A DNA stretch of 63,513 nt, counting the filler, from Folioceros fuciformis (Eukaryota), in NCBI GenBank assembly GCA_049999805.1. It is 4 parts of 3 records of this genome, joined end to end, with 100 filler letters (N's around TTAATTAATTAA, not from the genome) between each part and the next. Parts side by side here need not be neighbours in the genome. Positions count along the whole stretch, not along the records: positions 23,668 to 53,842 come from JBNGIO010005636.1; 3 more parts are not named here. One strand, written 5' to 3'. The position numbers were made by a program, and so were the translations under genes. Every line of letters starts with the position of its first letter. The first letter of the stretch is position 1. The notes beneath the pieces are model-generated. The model was not told where the DNA came from. It did no database searches and saw nothing but the letters and a program-made list of their open reading frames with translations. Shown here piece by piece: positions 24,473-37,168 of this stretch.

Positions 24473-27072
24473 AGACGGTGGCCGAGGCAGAAGGAGGCAG
24501 CAGCGAGCCCTCCGCGTCTCAAGGAATCGGGCCAGCCAGCAAAGCGTCTCGCACAGCCGCGTCTCAGCGTCTCACCACAGCCTCTGCAGCCTCTGGCTCA
24601 GGCTCATCATCGGTAATGATGAAAGGCGCAGAAAAGAGCCTTGAGCGAATGATTTTGCTTTTGAAGGCATCGTACCGCGTCAGAGCGCGGCCCCTTGGCA
24701 AGGGCTGACACCGGGGAACCGGCTGCCCCAGCCCAGGCCAGCAACGGCTGGCACAAGGGCTAGCCCTACGCCAAGGGCTGTACCGTGCTTGCTACCTACC
24801 AAGACTTTTGTTCCTGGCCAGCTGAAGCGTTCGTACTCTACGGACAGCGGCAGGTAGCCAGGCTGGTGAAAGGGCCGGAATCGCCGGTTTCGCCAGCCGC
24901 CACCGCGGTTCCCGGTTGTCGTTTTGGAACGATGCTGCGTACCACCGCATTGAAGGCCCTTACGACCCGCGCCGTTCGCTTCCCAAGGAGCAGGGGGGTT
25001 CCATTAAAGCCCCACTAACTGTCCCAGCGCGGTTCGAACCCCGAGTGGATAGGCGATTCGATTCGCAAACGTTGGGACGGGCTCGCCTGTGAGACGTCCC
25101 GAGACGCGACTCGCGGCGCCGAGGCAGGCAGACAGATTGCCTCCCTGCTTCCCTGTGGCCCGCTTGCGTGCATCCTCGAGCTGCGAGCCGGTCCTGTTGT
25201 AACGGAGAGAGACTCTGCTGAAGGTGGTGCGCCAACAGACGGCATTGCGGTTGGGAGAAAGCGATGAGGACAGGTACCGATGTGCGCTCCATTGCTCTCA
25301 AACTGTGTGTGTGTCCTTGTCGTCGGTTGACTCCGGATGCTGGAAATCCGGGCCTGCCTCGCCAGCAAGACGTATCTGTCTCATCTCCCTCCGCTTGCTC
25401 GCCTCGCCTGCAAAGGAGCGCCACAGCGGTGATTTTGTATTCTGTAGATCCTTGCCCTGTCTAACAGTTAGCACACTCTCGCCTAGCCACCTGCGCATTC
25501 GTCTCATCAGATCGGCACTTGTGTGTCTCTAGATATGTCTGTTGCTTTAGGTGCAGGAGGTACCTGTTAGGTCACGACAGCTGGTAAATGCACCTGTGGA
25601 TCAACAGTGAGTTTTGTCAGCGAACAAGGTTTCCCTTCTTGAACAAGTAAGCACATGCCACGGATGCAGGTAACTTTCATCCAGCAGCCTCCCGGATTCT
25701 TTGCAGCAGACGCTTTAGTGTGGCTAAACAGGTACTTTGCCAGCCAGATTGAAGCCTCATGTTGAGCCTAAAGCCGGCTGATTTTCCGCGCGTTGTTGGA
25801 GTTGCAGACCTGTCATCTAGTGAAAGAGGTAATTGAGCACTGCTGTGGAGTATGGGCCATGACTGTTACACTTTGACATCCGTAGCCGACCAGCTCACTG
25901 TTGTATCTGTTTCGTTTCTGTTCCCGAGCAAGGTTGTTTGGACGTATGCTCTTTAGGGTGAAGTGGCAGCTCCTGTTCTTGTGCCACTTATCTCTGCCAA
26001 CAGGAATCCATGTGGATCCTGGCCATGTCTCTTTTCATTCCACATCCATACTGTGTCACTGTTCCCAGGGAGGATAAGCCCAGGCAAGGACAGGTGGAAT
26101 AACGCACTCCAATCGACAAAGCAGGGCACAAAGCACAATGCCAGTGCGCCATAACCATGAGTGCTGACCTTGTGGCGCACATATGTTTATGCCACAGAAT
26201 GTATGTACCTCTCACCTCTTGACTCAAGGGAAGGGAAGGGAGGTAAAATCTGAATGTTGCACATCCATGCTTATATTCCCTGCACGGTAGATCCCGTGCC
26301 TTGCCTTGGTTTTCGGGGCTTGATCATAACTAACCATGTCTTCAATAAGATAAGTCCAGGACAAGAGCGAGAGCGTTGAAACCTGAAGGACTGGATCCAA
26401 GTACAGGTCCAGTGAAATCTGATTATGTGTCCGAAGCCCTGGTGGCCGGAAGTGGAAACTGGGAACCCAAGCTTTGAAATCCTTACACCGCTCCAATTGG
26501 CTGAATGCCAAACATCACCGACCCAGGCTCCTCAAAAAACGGAAGAGAATCAAAACAGTTACACACGGCAGTCTGTACTGTACGACGACTGTAGCTTGTG
26601 ACATATTACAATTCGACATGTGCCACACCCCAGAAGCTTCCGAGTTCCACCCTCTAAGGAGGTACGAAGCCCTCTCCTTCCGTCTTTTGTTCCAGCACCT
26701 TCCAACTCCTCCCGGGTAAACGGGGGTAATGTGAGGCGTGACAAGTCATTTCGCGGATTCGGGTTCCAAGGTTGTTTGCAATACATTGTAAAAGCTAAAT
26801 CTGTTCTCAAATGCCCCCGTTGACGAGCGACACGGTGGCCACCGTAGTTTGTGGTTAACCTATCCTCCGATCATATCAATACTGGGATGTGAGATCATGT
26901 ATCTTATGTCATGCTAAGCGTGTCTGTCGTGGCCGCTGGACATGCGATTTCTTCTCTCACCCGCAACGCCCAAGGGCCCTTGGTTTAAGGGCCTTGGGGG
27001 ACCGAGGCTGCTGCCTGATGTGTTCTTTGTCCGCGAATGACCATCTCGGTATGTTCCTTGACTGCATGCATT

Positions 27073-27272
27073 GTATGGTTCTTGACGGCTTGCGGGTCGG
27101 TAACGGGGAAATGCCCGCATTGGAATTCATTGTATTACTTCGCTCGCATAAAATCTTTGTATTACTTCTACAGTGAATAAATCACTTCTACCGTATGGTT
27201 CTTGACGGGCATGCGGGCATTTCCCCGTTAATGCGCTATTTATTCACTATAGAAGTAATACAAAGATTTTAT
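27073..27272. repeat. Compound element: a direct repeat plus two interlocked inverted-repeat pairs
   Basis: 16-bp DR 27073-27088/27193-27208; perfect 20-bp IR 27101-27120/27211-27230; 35-bp IR with one mismatch 27148-27182/27238-27272. Confidence 0.9.
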
Positions 27273-29713
27273 TTCAAAACCAAGATGAAGAAAGCCATTC
27301 ATCTATAATAAGGTAAACAATGGAGAAAAGTATTTAGCTATGGCAAGGAGAAATATCTCTTAAAAGGACACATGAGCAAGGAACACTAACTCTATATGTA
27401 GCAAAACTTATTGGACTTAGTACTAGTATTTGTAGATGTGTTTGCTTCCTTCTTCTTGTTTGGTAGTGTCCATTTTGGATCACTTCCATAAGTGCTCTTT
27501 GTCCTTTGGAGCCGGTTAACCTTGCTACCATTCTATCGTTAGGGGTCTTCATGTTTTAGAGCCTCTTCTTGTTTTCTGCCTTACCATTTAAGGCATTTGT
27601 TTGTCCATGAATTTGTGGTCTTTATGCTCTCAAGCCTCTCCTTGTTCTTAGGCTCACCATTAATGCATTTCATTGTCACTCTCTTAGTGTTAGTTATGGT
27701 CGATTTTGGATTGCTTTGATTGGGGGCCTCCATGCTTTGAAAGTCTCTCCTTGTTGTTGGCCTCCAAACTAGAAGGATTGTTCAATTCTTCTCACACTCC
27801 CAGAGCTCAAAATATAGAGGATCTCTAACACTACATCCAAGTATAAATGAAGTTGTTAAATGCAGAAGTTATACTATAATTAATTGTAGAGCTCCAAAGA
27901 AGTCATGTTGGGATGTGTGTCTACATTAGAGGGCTAAATGCAATTCTCAGAGGGTGCATTTAGAACTTCATCAAAGTTTGGGAATGCAACCACATGTCTT
28001 CTCAATTGGCTCATGTAAAGTTAGAAAATGCTCCTGAACCATTAGCAGTTTACAATCTATGACAACTTGATAACTTTGGGCTTGAGCCATGTAGAAGATA
28101 CATCGAGAGGCTCTATGGGAAAAGATGAGCCCATTAACTTGAGTTGTGTGAGAGCGGAAAAGAGAAAGAGAATCAAACATATGAATGGTGAGAGATATGC
28201 ATTGAGAAGGGAAAGTGAGGTTTGATAAGGTAAGTGGTGAGAAAGCATAGAGAAAGGATAGAAAGCAGAAGAGAAGACTTATAACATGACCTGTGCAAGA
28301 GATTCATTCACGAGGACAACGAGAGCATAATATGACGAATTTAAGTTACAAGGATGCACATCTATAATAACGTGGCTCAATCCATATTAAAGTGGGAAGG
28401 GTAAGGTTCCATAGTCCAAATGAATTAGGCCAAATGATCCACACACTTGTTTAGATCCATGTTTACATGAGAAAAGATGACCTTACTTTAGTAACTAAGT
28501 ACATACGTACAAGTCTTGCTTAAGAAGCCAAGTGCTATATTGCAGCAATTCCCATGACTCGATGGAAGTCCGTCCTGGACTGAATCGAATTCGAATTCTT
28601 CTATTCCTCTAGCACTTTTTGCACACCACATAGGTCCCACGGTAGGAAGGAGTGGATGGTCTATATATAGAAGGCAGTAGTTGCGCACGTTATTGGCTGT
28701 TAGCTGGTGGGTTGTGGTTCGCACTTGCAGCCACGCTGGAGAGCATCCTTGTCAGGATACGTTTTTATTTGGTAGTTCCCACGTCTCTCTGACACGATTC
28801 CCGTCTTGAGACCAGATGACACCCCAAGGGAATTTCGGAGTACGCAGAAACACATACTATTACCAGATGAGAGTAGAATTTAAAAATGTACTGGTTCCCA
28901 CCTCAGGAAACGGAGGCGACAAGCGTACCCCCTTCAGCAAGCTGGTCATGCCGTTTGCCAGCAGACGTGTGGACTGGAGCAGCACACAAGCAATCCTGCA
29001 CGCAAACAGTTCAGTCCACGCTTACCAACCGCTTGCATGCTTGCAAGTATGCTTGCATTGCCGTTCCAGCTGGGCCAGGCTCAGTGTATGCTTGTAGGAT
29101 TAAACTACAGTATGTGCATGCGATTGCTTGCGCAAGCTCCGATCAAGCTTCCACCGGAAACACTCGGTGCACCTTCCCCACCACAGGGGTTTTGCGTCTT
29201 TGACGATAAGCCTGGATCCAAAAAATTGCGAGAGCGAGCACAGAATTTGCAGCGCTGCGAGGATCTGTTGACCCAGAGAAGTGATGGAGTGGACGTTTCA
29301 AATTCGAGCCATGGATTCAGTTACGAGTGAAGAACGACGTGCAAACAGGACATGGCCATTGTCAGGCTCTCTATCTCTTGCCAGACGTAGGACAGCACAG
29401 CTACAGAGGCGTAGGCAATCATGTGCCGTGCGCAGAGTGTCAAGTCAGGCCCACACCTGCACGAGAGCGATCTGGCTGCCTTGAAGCATATCAATGCCTG
29501 CGCGTGTGCGGATCAAGACAGTCAGTAGTAACAATCGCTGCACAGTTTGGAAGACGGCCAGCGTCGACCTCCCAGCTTGTTTGCAGCACATACAGACATC
29601 TGCCCAGCCGATTCGATCGATCTGAGACCATAGGCGTACCGGTCCCCCGAGCTGTCTACCCTGTGTACGACGTGCAGATCCGGAAACCTGAGCTCGCGCA
29701 CACTGATCTACCG

Positions 29714-31800
29714 ATGGCAGCAAAGGCAACCGACTACTCCTTTCAAGCACAAGGAAGCCCAGGAAAAAGGATCACAGTGCTCAGCGTGGATGGCGGCGGT
29801 GTTCGGGGGCTCATCCCGGCCACCGTTCTTGAGTATCTGGAAGCTGAGCTGCAGGCAAGATATTAAGAGTCGACTTGCTGCTTCTCATGAGATCGCATCG
29901 AAGAGATCTACATCGATATCTGTGTCTTGCTATTCGATTTGAGTCTAATCGATTGGGGCGCTGCAGCCCCCAATTGATTCATAACAACCGGCATCCTGAG
30001 CTAGCTCTGCCTTACGGAGCTGGCTACAGGGACATTTGAGTGTGTGTGTGTGTGTGCTTGAATTAATTCCGGATCCATTCCTTGCACCACTTTCCGCAGC
30101 CCTTTAGACACCCCCTGAGCTTTTGATGCAGAAACTGGACGGGCCGGACGTGCGGATCGCGGACTACTTCGATATCATTGCTGGAACCAGCACCGGAGGT
30201 TTGATCGCGGGAATCCTAAACCTGGTGGATCCAGCCACTCAGCGGCCTGCCAAAACCGCGACTGATATCACCAAGTTTTACTTGGACCAGTCCAAGAACA
30301 TCTTCCCGCAGAAAGGCAGGTAAGGCATCGACATCCAGAGTCGGAGCAAAGTCCGAACATGATTTCATCACAGCTGCTTGAAGAGATGGCAGAGTCTGAA
30401 CATGATTTCATTGGAGCTACTTGAAGAGATGGCAACCTGTTGCAGTGGTTTCATTGCCAGCGTCCTCACCGTCTTTTCTCTCCTCGCTGGCCCCAAGTAC
30501 ACCGCAACTCCTCTCCAGCAGCTTCTGCTTCAAAATTTCGGCGAGGTACGACTGCATGAGGCTTTCACCGATCTCGTGGTTCCCGTGTTCGATGTGAAGC
30601 AAGAGAAGCCCGTCTTTTTCTCCAAGCTGGAGGTAAACAAGCTGAGCCTCCTTTCCTCGACGCTCGAACCTCTTTGTTTAAGCTCATAAATGCGGCCGGA
30701 CTAAGGCTAACAGCGCAAGGCGGCACTTTCAGGCACAGAACAATCCGCTATTGGATCCTCTCATCCGTCAGGTTTGCCAGGCCACTTCCGCTGCTCCCAC
30801 TTTCTTGCCGGCAGTCTATTTTCAGACGTCGGATCCCTCCACAGGAAAGACACAGGACTTCAACTGCGTCGACGGTGGCCTCGCAGCAAACAATCCGGTT
30901 AGATGAAGCATATGAAAAATCAACAGACCGAAAACGCCGCTGTTCTTTTTCTCACCGTGTTTGTGTGGATCCATTCCTTGTTGCTTGCCCATCGCTGTTT
31001 GCAGACATTTGTCGCCATCTCACATGCCATACAGCAGATGGAAAGGGGCCACGTATTCCACGAAGTCTCAAGCTTCCAGGTGAGTACACTGCTCCACTTA
31101 CTCCACAACGTTCCTCGTTCAAAGTCAGGTCAGACTGCAGATCCTCATGTTGGAGCCTCGGCAGGCCTACTCGGATTTCCTGGTACTATCGCTTGGCACA
31201 GGGGACAAATTGTCGCCCTACCAGGCACCCGACGTAGCAAAATGGGGGATTCTGTCCTGGGTTTACAAGAATGGCGGTGTTCCTCTGGCGAACATGGTGT
31301 CTGCGGCAAGCGCGAGCATAGTGGACTACAGCATATCTACCATGTTCGCAGCACAACAGTGCTCTGACAACTACCTCCGAATTCAGGTTGCTCTACATGA
31401 ATGATGTGCTGTGCCTGATGTTCGCCACCTCACAACTTACGATGCTAAGGTGACCTGTTGCACGAGCAGGCCTTCGACATGCCGGGCGAGACGCAGTCCG
31501 TGGACGACTCTTCGGCAGCCAACATGGCAGCTCTGAAGAAAGTCGGGACAGACCTTCTGTCCGCACAGGTGGTCAGTTGGAGTGTACAAAACGGACAGAT
31601 AGTTCAGCGACCTCAGCAGGGCACGAACGCTGAGGCTTTGACAAGGTAACGTGGCCCACCAACTGCAACATCCACAACTGTAACATCCACAGCGAAGGAA
31701 AGGGGAGGAGTCGTATCTTGCTGAACTCTGTGTGAACTCTATTTTCTGCAGATTTGCGACAGAGCTGTCAGCAGAAAGGAAAGCTCGGTTGGTGCAATGA
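29714..31800 (+). CDS. Patatin-like phospholipase A (pPLA-II type), multi-exon
   Basis: [34 protein letters not shown] (catalytic Ser), [13 protein letters not shown] (catalytic Asp), [14 protein letters not shown], last exon [16 protein letters not shown]. Confidence 0.92.
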
Positions 31801-31819
31801 GGTTGCCGAAGCCAGGTTG

Positions 31820-33322
31820 TTAAATCTTCAGAATAGCATATGCTCGCTGACGCGCAATTCGAACTTCACTAATGCGTCCGAGATGTCGCAGAATCTACAT
31901 TCACGACAGAGATGTGAAAGGAGGTAGTAAAATGCACCACCATCTGTATCAAATCCACCAATTATATATAGTGCCCCACCGTGAGGACGGATTTGCCTGT
32001 GTTGTCCAGCTTCAGAATTGATCCACGCATGTCTGTCTCCAAAAAGAAGTGCTTTCCCTTTACATTCTCGGAGCTGGCCACGTCCCGTAGTTCCTGTTTA
32101 CGAGTTTGATCGGGCACAGGAAAGCCATGTTAGAGGCTACTACTACTGGCAAGCCTGACTTGACCCGTGACTGCAATCCCAGCAACTTTCGCTCTTACCA
32201 AGACTTTCTCCAACGCCTCATCCCCCAGCTGCCATGGCCACATAGAAAGATACATTTAGCATTACAATGCAGCGACAAAGCACAAGTCACAGTCAACCAC
32301 ATTACATATCCCAACCTTGTTTCTTGGAGCTGCCAAAAGTCGGGCATTCAATTCTGCAAAAGTTGCCATCTCATCTACTGCCGCGTTCACTTTGTCCAAG
32401 GTCAGCCTGCCACGCATGTAGCTGTCACATGTGCACGCAGCAGCATTAAGAGTTTGGAGGATAGCAGGACTCGGAAGAGACTACCCACCAACACGACTGA
32501 TCCATACCTGGACACAGAAGCCAGCTCATCGATAGTGACATAACACCGGGGAGGAGGACCTCGACCCTTCTTCTCCTGCGTTCCCGGGCCATTCCGGTTT
32601 GTTGAACAATTGAGCAAAAGTATCCACTACCAAGCAGAACCGGTCATGTCATGACTTACTAGCTTCCGGGCTGGAGTTGCTGCAGCTCCCGATCCAGAAT
32701 CCGCGTTTCCACTTGCATTCCCATTACTGGAAAAGGAGCTGGAAGTAAGTTTTGAGATGGGCACCAATGTAGCCACCCTTCACATAAAAGGGGAAACAAG
32801 GATGACCAAACCTTGCAACAAAGTCATCCACATGCACATCTTTGCCTGGAAGACGTGCAGGTAGATGCTCTGCAATGTGCTGGACCTTCCTCTGCTGCTG
32901 TAAGCACAACTCAACGAAACCCTGCATCTCAAGTCAGACAGAACTGACAAACTTGGAACTTGCGCATTTGTGAAGTTCAGCTACCAGGTCGGCAGAACAG
33001 AACGAGTTCTACCGTGGCCCTGGAAATAACTTCTTTTTCCCCCTGAATATGAAGGTGGATAGCATGCATCTGTTGCTCAAGCACAAGCACCGCCTGCTCA
33101 ATAGCTGCCATCTCTGCTGCTCGTGGCCCCGGAGCACCTGCATCCACCACGACCAACACCGTGCTGGATTGAAACAAAAACCAGAGACTGAAACTCCGCC
33201 CATTCCACACGCAACTGGTACCAACCTCTGATGAGCACCAGCTCTTGCAGTTTGGCCACTTGGCTGTCAAATGCTGCCATTACCCTCTCCAAGGGCACGC
33301 TGCTGCTGGTATCTTGAGACAT
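31820..33322 (-). CDS. SKA1: Spindle and kinetochore-associated protein 1, multi-exon
   Basis: FDSQVAKLQELVLIR, EKKGRGPPP..YVTIDEL, YMRGRLTLDKVNAAVDEMA, VKGKHFFLETDMRG..LKLDNTGKSVLT|ILRHLGRISEVRI. Confidence 0.9.
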
Positions 33323-34034
33323 CGGTGCGAGCACGAGCTGCGGAAACTATCCAAGCCAGGATCGCGCGATTCAAACCCTGCTACAAGTTCACCCCTTGAT
33401 GAAGCATTGTTGCTCACCGCAATGTTGCCTCCGTCATACTTCCAACTTCTTTTTGGCGCCAAAACCAAACGCATATCTCGCGTAGAAAGTACACGACGCA
33501 GGAACTTTCCAAATGGATTTGCGCAGAAGGTGATGCAATGCCCCACGGATCGTGGTGTAACGTGTATAATATAATCGTTTACTGTTAACTTCCAGACTGG
33601 ATTAGCTAGCCACGGCACCTTGAAGGGTGCCCTGCAACAGTCAGCGACGCGCTCCCAGAAGGGAATTGCACTGTTTACTGTGTGGGCCTGGCCGGAGACA
33701 TGATGGGCATACATCACCGTTGGCCTGAGGCTCGAGCTGCACGAGCAAGCGTCCGAGTCAAGACATGCCGGTGGATTCACACTCCGGGACTGAAGAGGGA
33801 CAACATGACGCCTGTGCAAGGGACTTCTTACTCGTGTGATGGACGCATAATACTTCTTTCTTACTGTTGGGGACCAGTACAGGTGTGCGCCTTCCGGATC
33901 TGTACACGAGGAAGCATCGCTTAAAGCATCCAGCGTAAACCGCAGTGGCTGAAAATAACACACTTCCATGACCAGATAGCAGCAGATAGGGCGACTATGA
34001 CCAGTCCGTAGCTATACAAGGATACTACCTGAAC

Positions 34035-36292
34035 TCAAGGAGTGAACTGGTCACCATCCACTGAAGGTGAGAATGATTGATGTTGCTGCACACTTCGGAT
34101 CTCTCTTAACAGTGCTTTTGCCTCTTCCTTCGCCTACAAGACAGGCATTCCACAATAATCAAAGAACAAGATGCAGCTGGCAATTGGTCCGAGTACGAAG
34201 GATGATGGTGATGCAATAATTACCCAGGGAGGATCACAAAAGCATTTGCACTTACAGGGCCTCCATAGTCTTGCAACCGTGTGCAATACGTTTCTGCTTC
34301 AAAGAGTAGTCGGCGATTTTTACTGTACGTGGCAAGAAACAGTAAGGCATCAACAATTTCTTGCCCCTCGCTTCGATCTGCTTCCATCCTTTCCAAGGCT
34401 TTCCTGTAATAGTAGGCAGCCTCCTCCGTTTCTCCTAGCTGATTGAACAGTTTTGCAAGCTTGTTCAAGGCAATGCCCTCCCTGTCATTGTTACTGACTG
34501 CCCGTTTGTAGCACCTGATGGCCGCATCATGCATCTGAAGATGGTCATTTTCATAGATGCCTCCCATTGCACACCACATCCGTGCATCATGCGGCCTGAG
34601 CTGCGTGGCACGTTGAAAGTAATACTGGGCATAGTAGGGCATATGCAGGATCTCGTATGCCTGACCAAGACCATACCACGCACGATAATCTCTTGGGTTG
34701 ATGTCCACAGCCCTCCTATATGCGTCAATGGCAGCAGGAGTATTTTTCAGTTCAACATATTCATGGCCCATGAGTGTCCATGCCGACAGATACTTTCGAT
34801 TGAGCTTTAGCGCCCTTCTGAAATAGAGCACAGCTTTCTCATGTTGTGCTTTCAAACTGTAGTAGTTCCCGATGATGCAGCAGGTCTCCGGTCGATACTT
34901 GTCCGTGAGAACTGCTTTGTGTGCCAAATGACTCAGAGATGCAAAGCATTCCTTGACGTAAAGAATGTTGGAGTATGTATCCATCCCATCTATCCGATAT
35001 GGATCTATCCTGAGAAGCTCCTCAAAAATAGCTTCTGCTTCATCAAAGTCACGCAGGTTATAATGAGCAGTTGCTGTTTGCGCCAATACGTGATCACTCC
35101 GAGGAAAAGATAGATGCAATGATCGGTAACAGGCAAGGCCATCCGAGTTCCTCTGCAAATCCAGATAGACACTGCCCAAGAAGAAGTCTCGCATCCAATG
35201 CTCGTTGAGATCAAGGTTGGATAGAATATCACTATCCGTGCACAGAGCCTGCAGCTCAAGCCACGCACTCCAGTTCCATGGATACTGGTTCACAGACTTG
35301 CACAATGTAGCACGAGCTTCGGCATTGCGCTCCCTTTCATGTAGAACCACGCCATACAGATACATCCCAAAGGCATCCAGCATATTCTTCCTGTAAAGAG
35401 CTGACAGCTCCTGCTCCAACCCAGCCAGCTCCGGGTTCACAACATCACCGGTGCCAAGAGGTCCTGCCAGCTCTATGATAGCCTCCTCCTTCCTCTTCTC
35501 TCCTGCCTGAACATCAAAAAGACGCATCAGTTTCCCTTCCAAGACGACTTCGTATCACCTGAGCTCCACACCCGACCTGAACCCACTCCGCAAACATCGT
35601 CAAGCCAGCTTTCAACAAAGCACTTGACCTTGCCCTGAAAATGTGGCAAACCTTGGGAATGAAAAAGTTACTCGACCAGATAAATGGCATAACACCGGAG
35701 GAACAGACTCTTGTGCCCGGTGCAGCCTCGGAGTGCATGTGCTGCCCGACGGTACTCTCGCAGGTCAAAAAATGACTTGGCCAGCAGATAAACATCGTCG
35801 TCCTCGTCTTCCTCCTCGGCCACCAGGCTTTTCCCAGGAACAGGAGTGGCTTGATCTCTCTTACTGGAGAATCTCTTGGACGTGGACCTATCCGACCGGC
35901 TATCAGCTCCCAAAATTCCGTCGTCCAACACGCCAACTAGCTGCTCTGCAGCCCTGTCATCCAGGCACCGATGCTTAAGCGGACGCGCACCAAAATCCCT
36001 CGTCAACAAGAGTCATATGGCAAAAACCCTGCCAGCATCAATCTCAACTGGTACACCAGAACTCGACGGCTGACGGCTGCTAGTACAAATCGGAGAAAGA
36101 AGGAAGACAACTCGCCAGATTACAACCACGAAACAATTTCAAACTCGCAAATGCACTTCAACTTCCGCACTGCTGACCAGAAGACGCCGCTGTTTACCAT
36201 TTGGCAGCTGCAAAAAGGCCGCGATCCCGGAGCTGACAGACAGCATTGCGTAGCTCCCTGCGGTAACAAGAAGCCACACCGCTAACCTCCAT
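34035..36292 (-). CDS. APC8: Anaphase-promoting complex subunit 8 (CDC23), 4 exons
   Basis: RELRNAVCQLRDRGLFAAAKW|AAEQL, YLLAKSFFDLREYRRAA, YPWNWSAW, DKYRPETCCIIGNYYSL, AWTLMGHEYVELKNT and TPR repeats; last exon AKEEAKALLREIR. Confidence 0.95.
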
Positions 36293-37168
36293 ACCACCAG
36301 GGTGCCGGCCAAGCCACTGCAAAAGTGAAGGCCAGAGATGGAATACGAGGAACTTCACTGACTTGGTTCCCGCAACAACGACATCGATGTGGAAGCCAGT
36401 TCCTTTCGAGAGCCTTGGTTGTGGGAAGGCTGGTTCCCCCTATAAGATGTCCCGGTGTTATTGAAGATTTAAAACGCAGAGCTACATTTAGCACTTCGCT
36501 TTCAGATTACGATAAAATGAAGGGAGGCTTGGCCTGGGCCCTTAAGTGGGAACAACCCGGTAAAAACGACTCTGACTGAAGGCCTTACCATACACATGGA
36601 ATCTTCCATCTCTGCTTCTTCTTGTAAAGCCAGCCTTTATGCTCATTTTATTTTTAAAAGTCAGTTCACTTGGACTCAGCTCACAAGGGGAGTTAGCGAC
36701 TAAGGGCGCTTTGTTAGTTGGAAATTTTCAAAGTGTTTGGGAAGAAAGAGCACATATCCTTTCGTAGGTTCAAATCTCCAAAGAAGCCACAATGCTGGAT
36801 ACCAAGTTTACATGTAGGGACAACGTGGGGTAGTCATTGTTTTCGTGTATATACGTAACGGGTAAATAAAAAATATGTACACATCAGACCGATCCACCTG
36901 TTTCGCTAGCCGATCGGTTGTTACGTCAGAGAGACCTGGCCAGCCTGTGCCCCTATGTCTGCAGCTTCATACGACCCACCATCAGCGTCCTGAATCAGAG
37001 GGTAGTCAGATTGATTTCCATCGCAGCAGTACCGGGATGAGTCGTGGTGTGTGGATGTCACGATACTGGGGCTGACCATGCCACTTTGAGATCAGCAGTG
37101 AAGAAATTGTGGGAGACTTCATAGTGACTGATGTCATGTCCGCGATGTATTCATTGAGGTGTCGTCAC

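Noticed and set aside
25025-25045. GGTTCGAACCC, resembling a tRNA T-loop or B-box
   Set aside because: The T-stem does not pair fully, and I found no acceptor stem, D-arm or A-box
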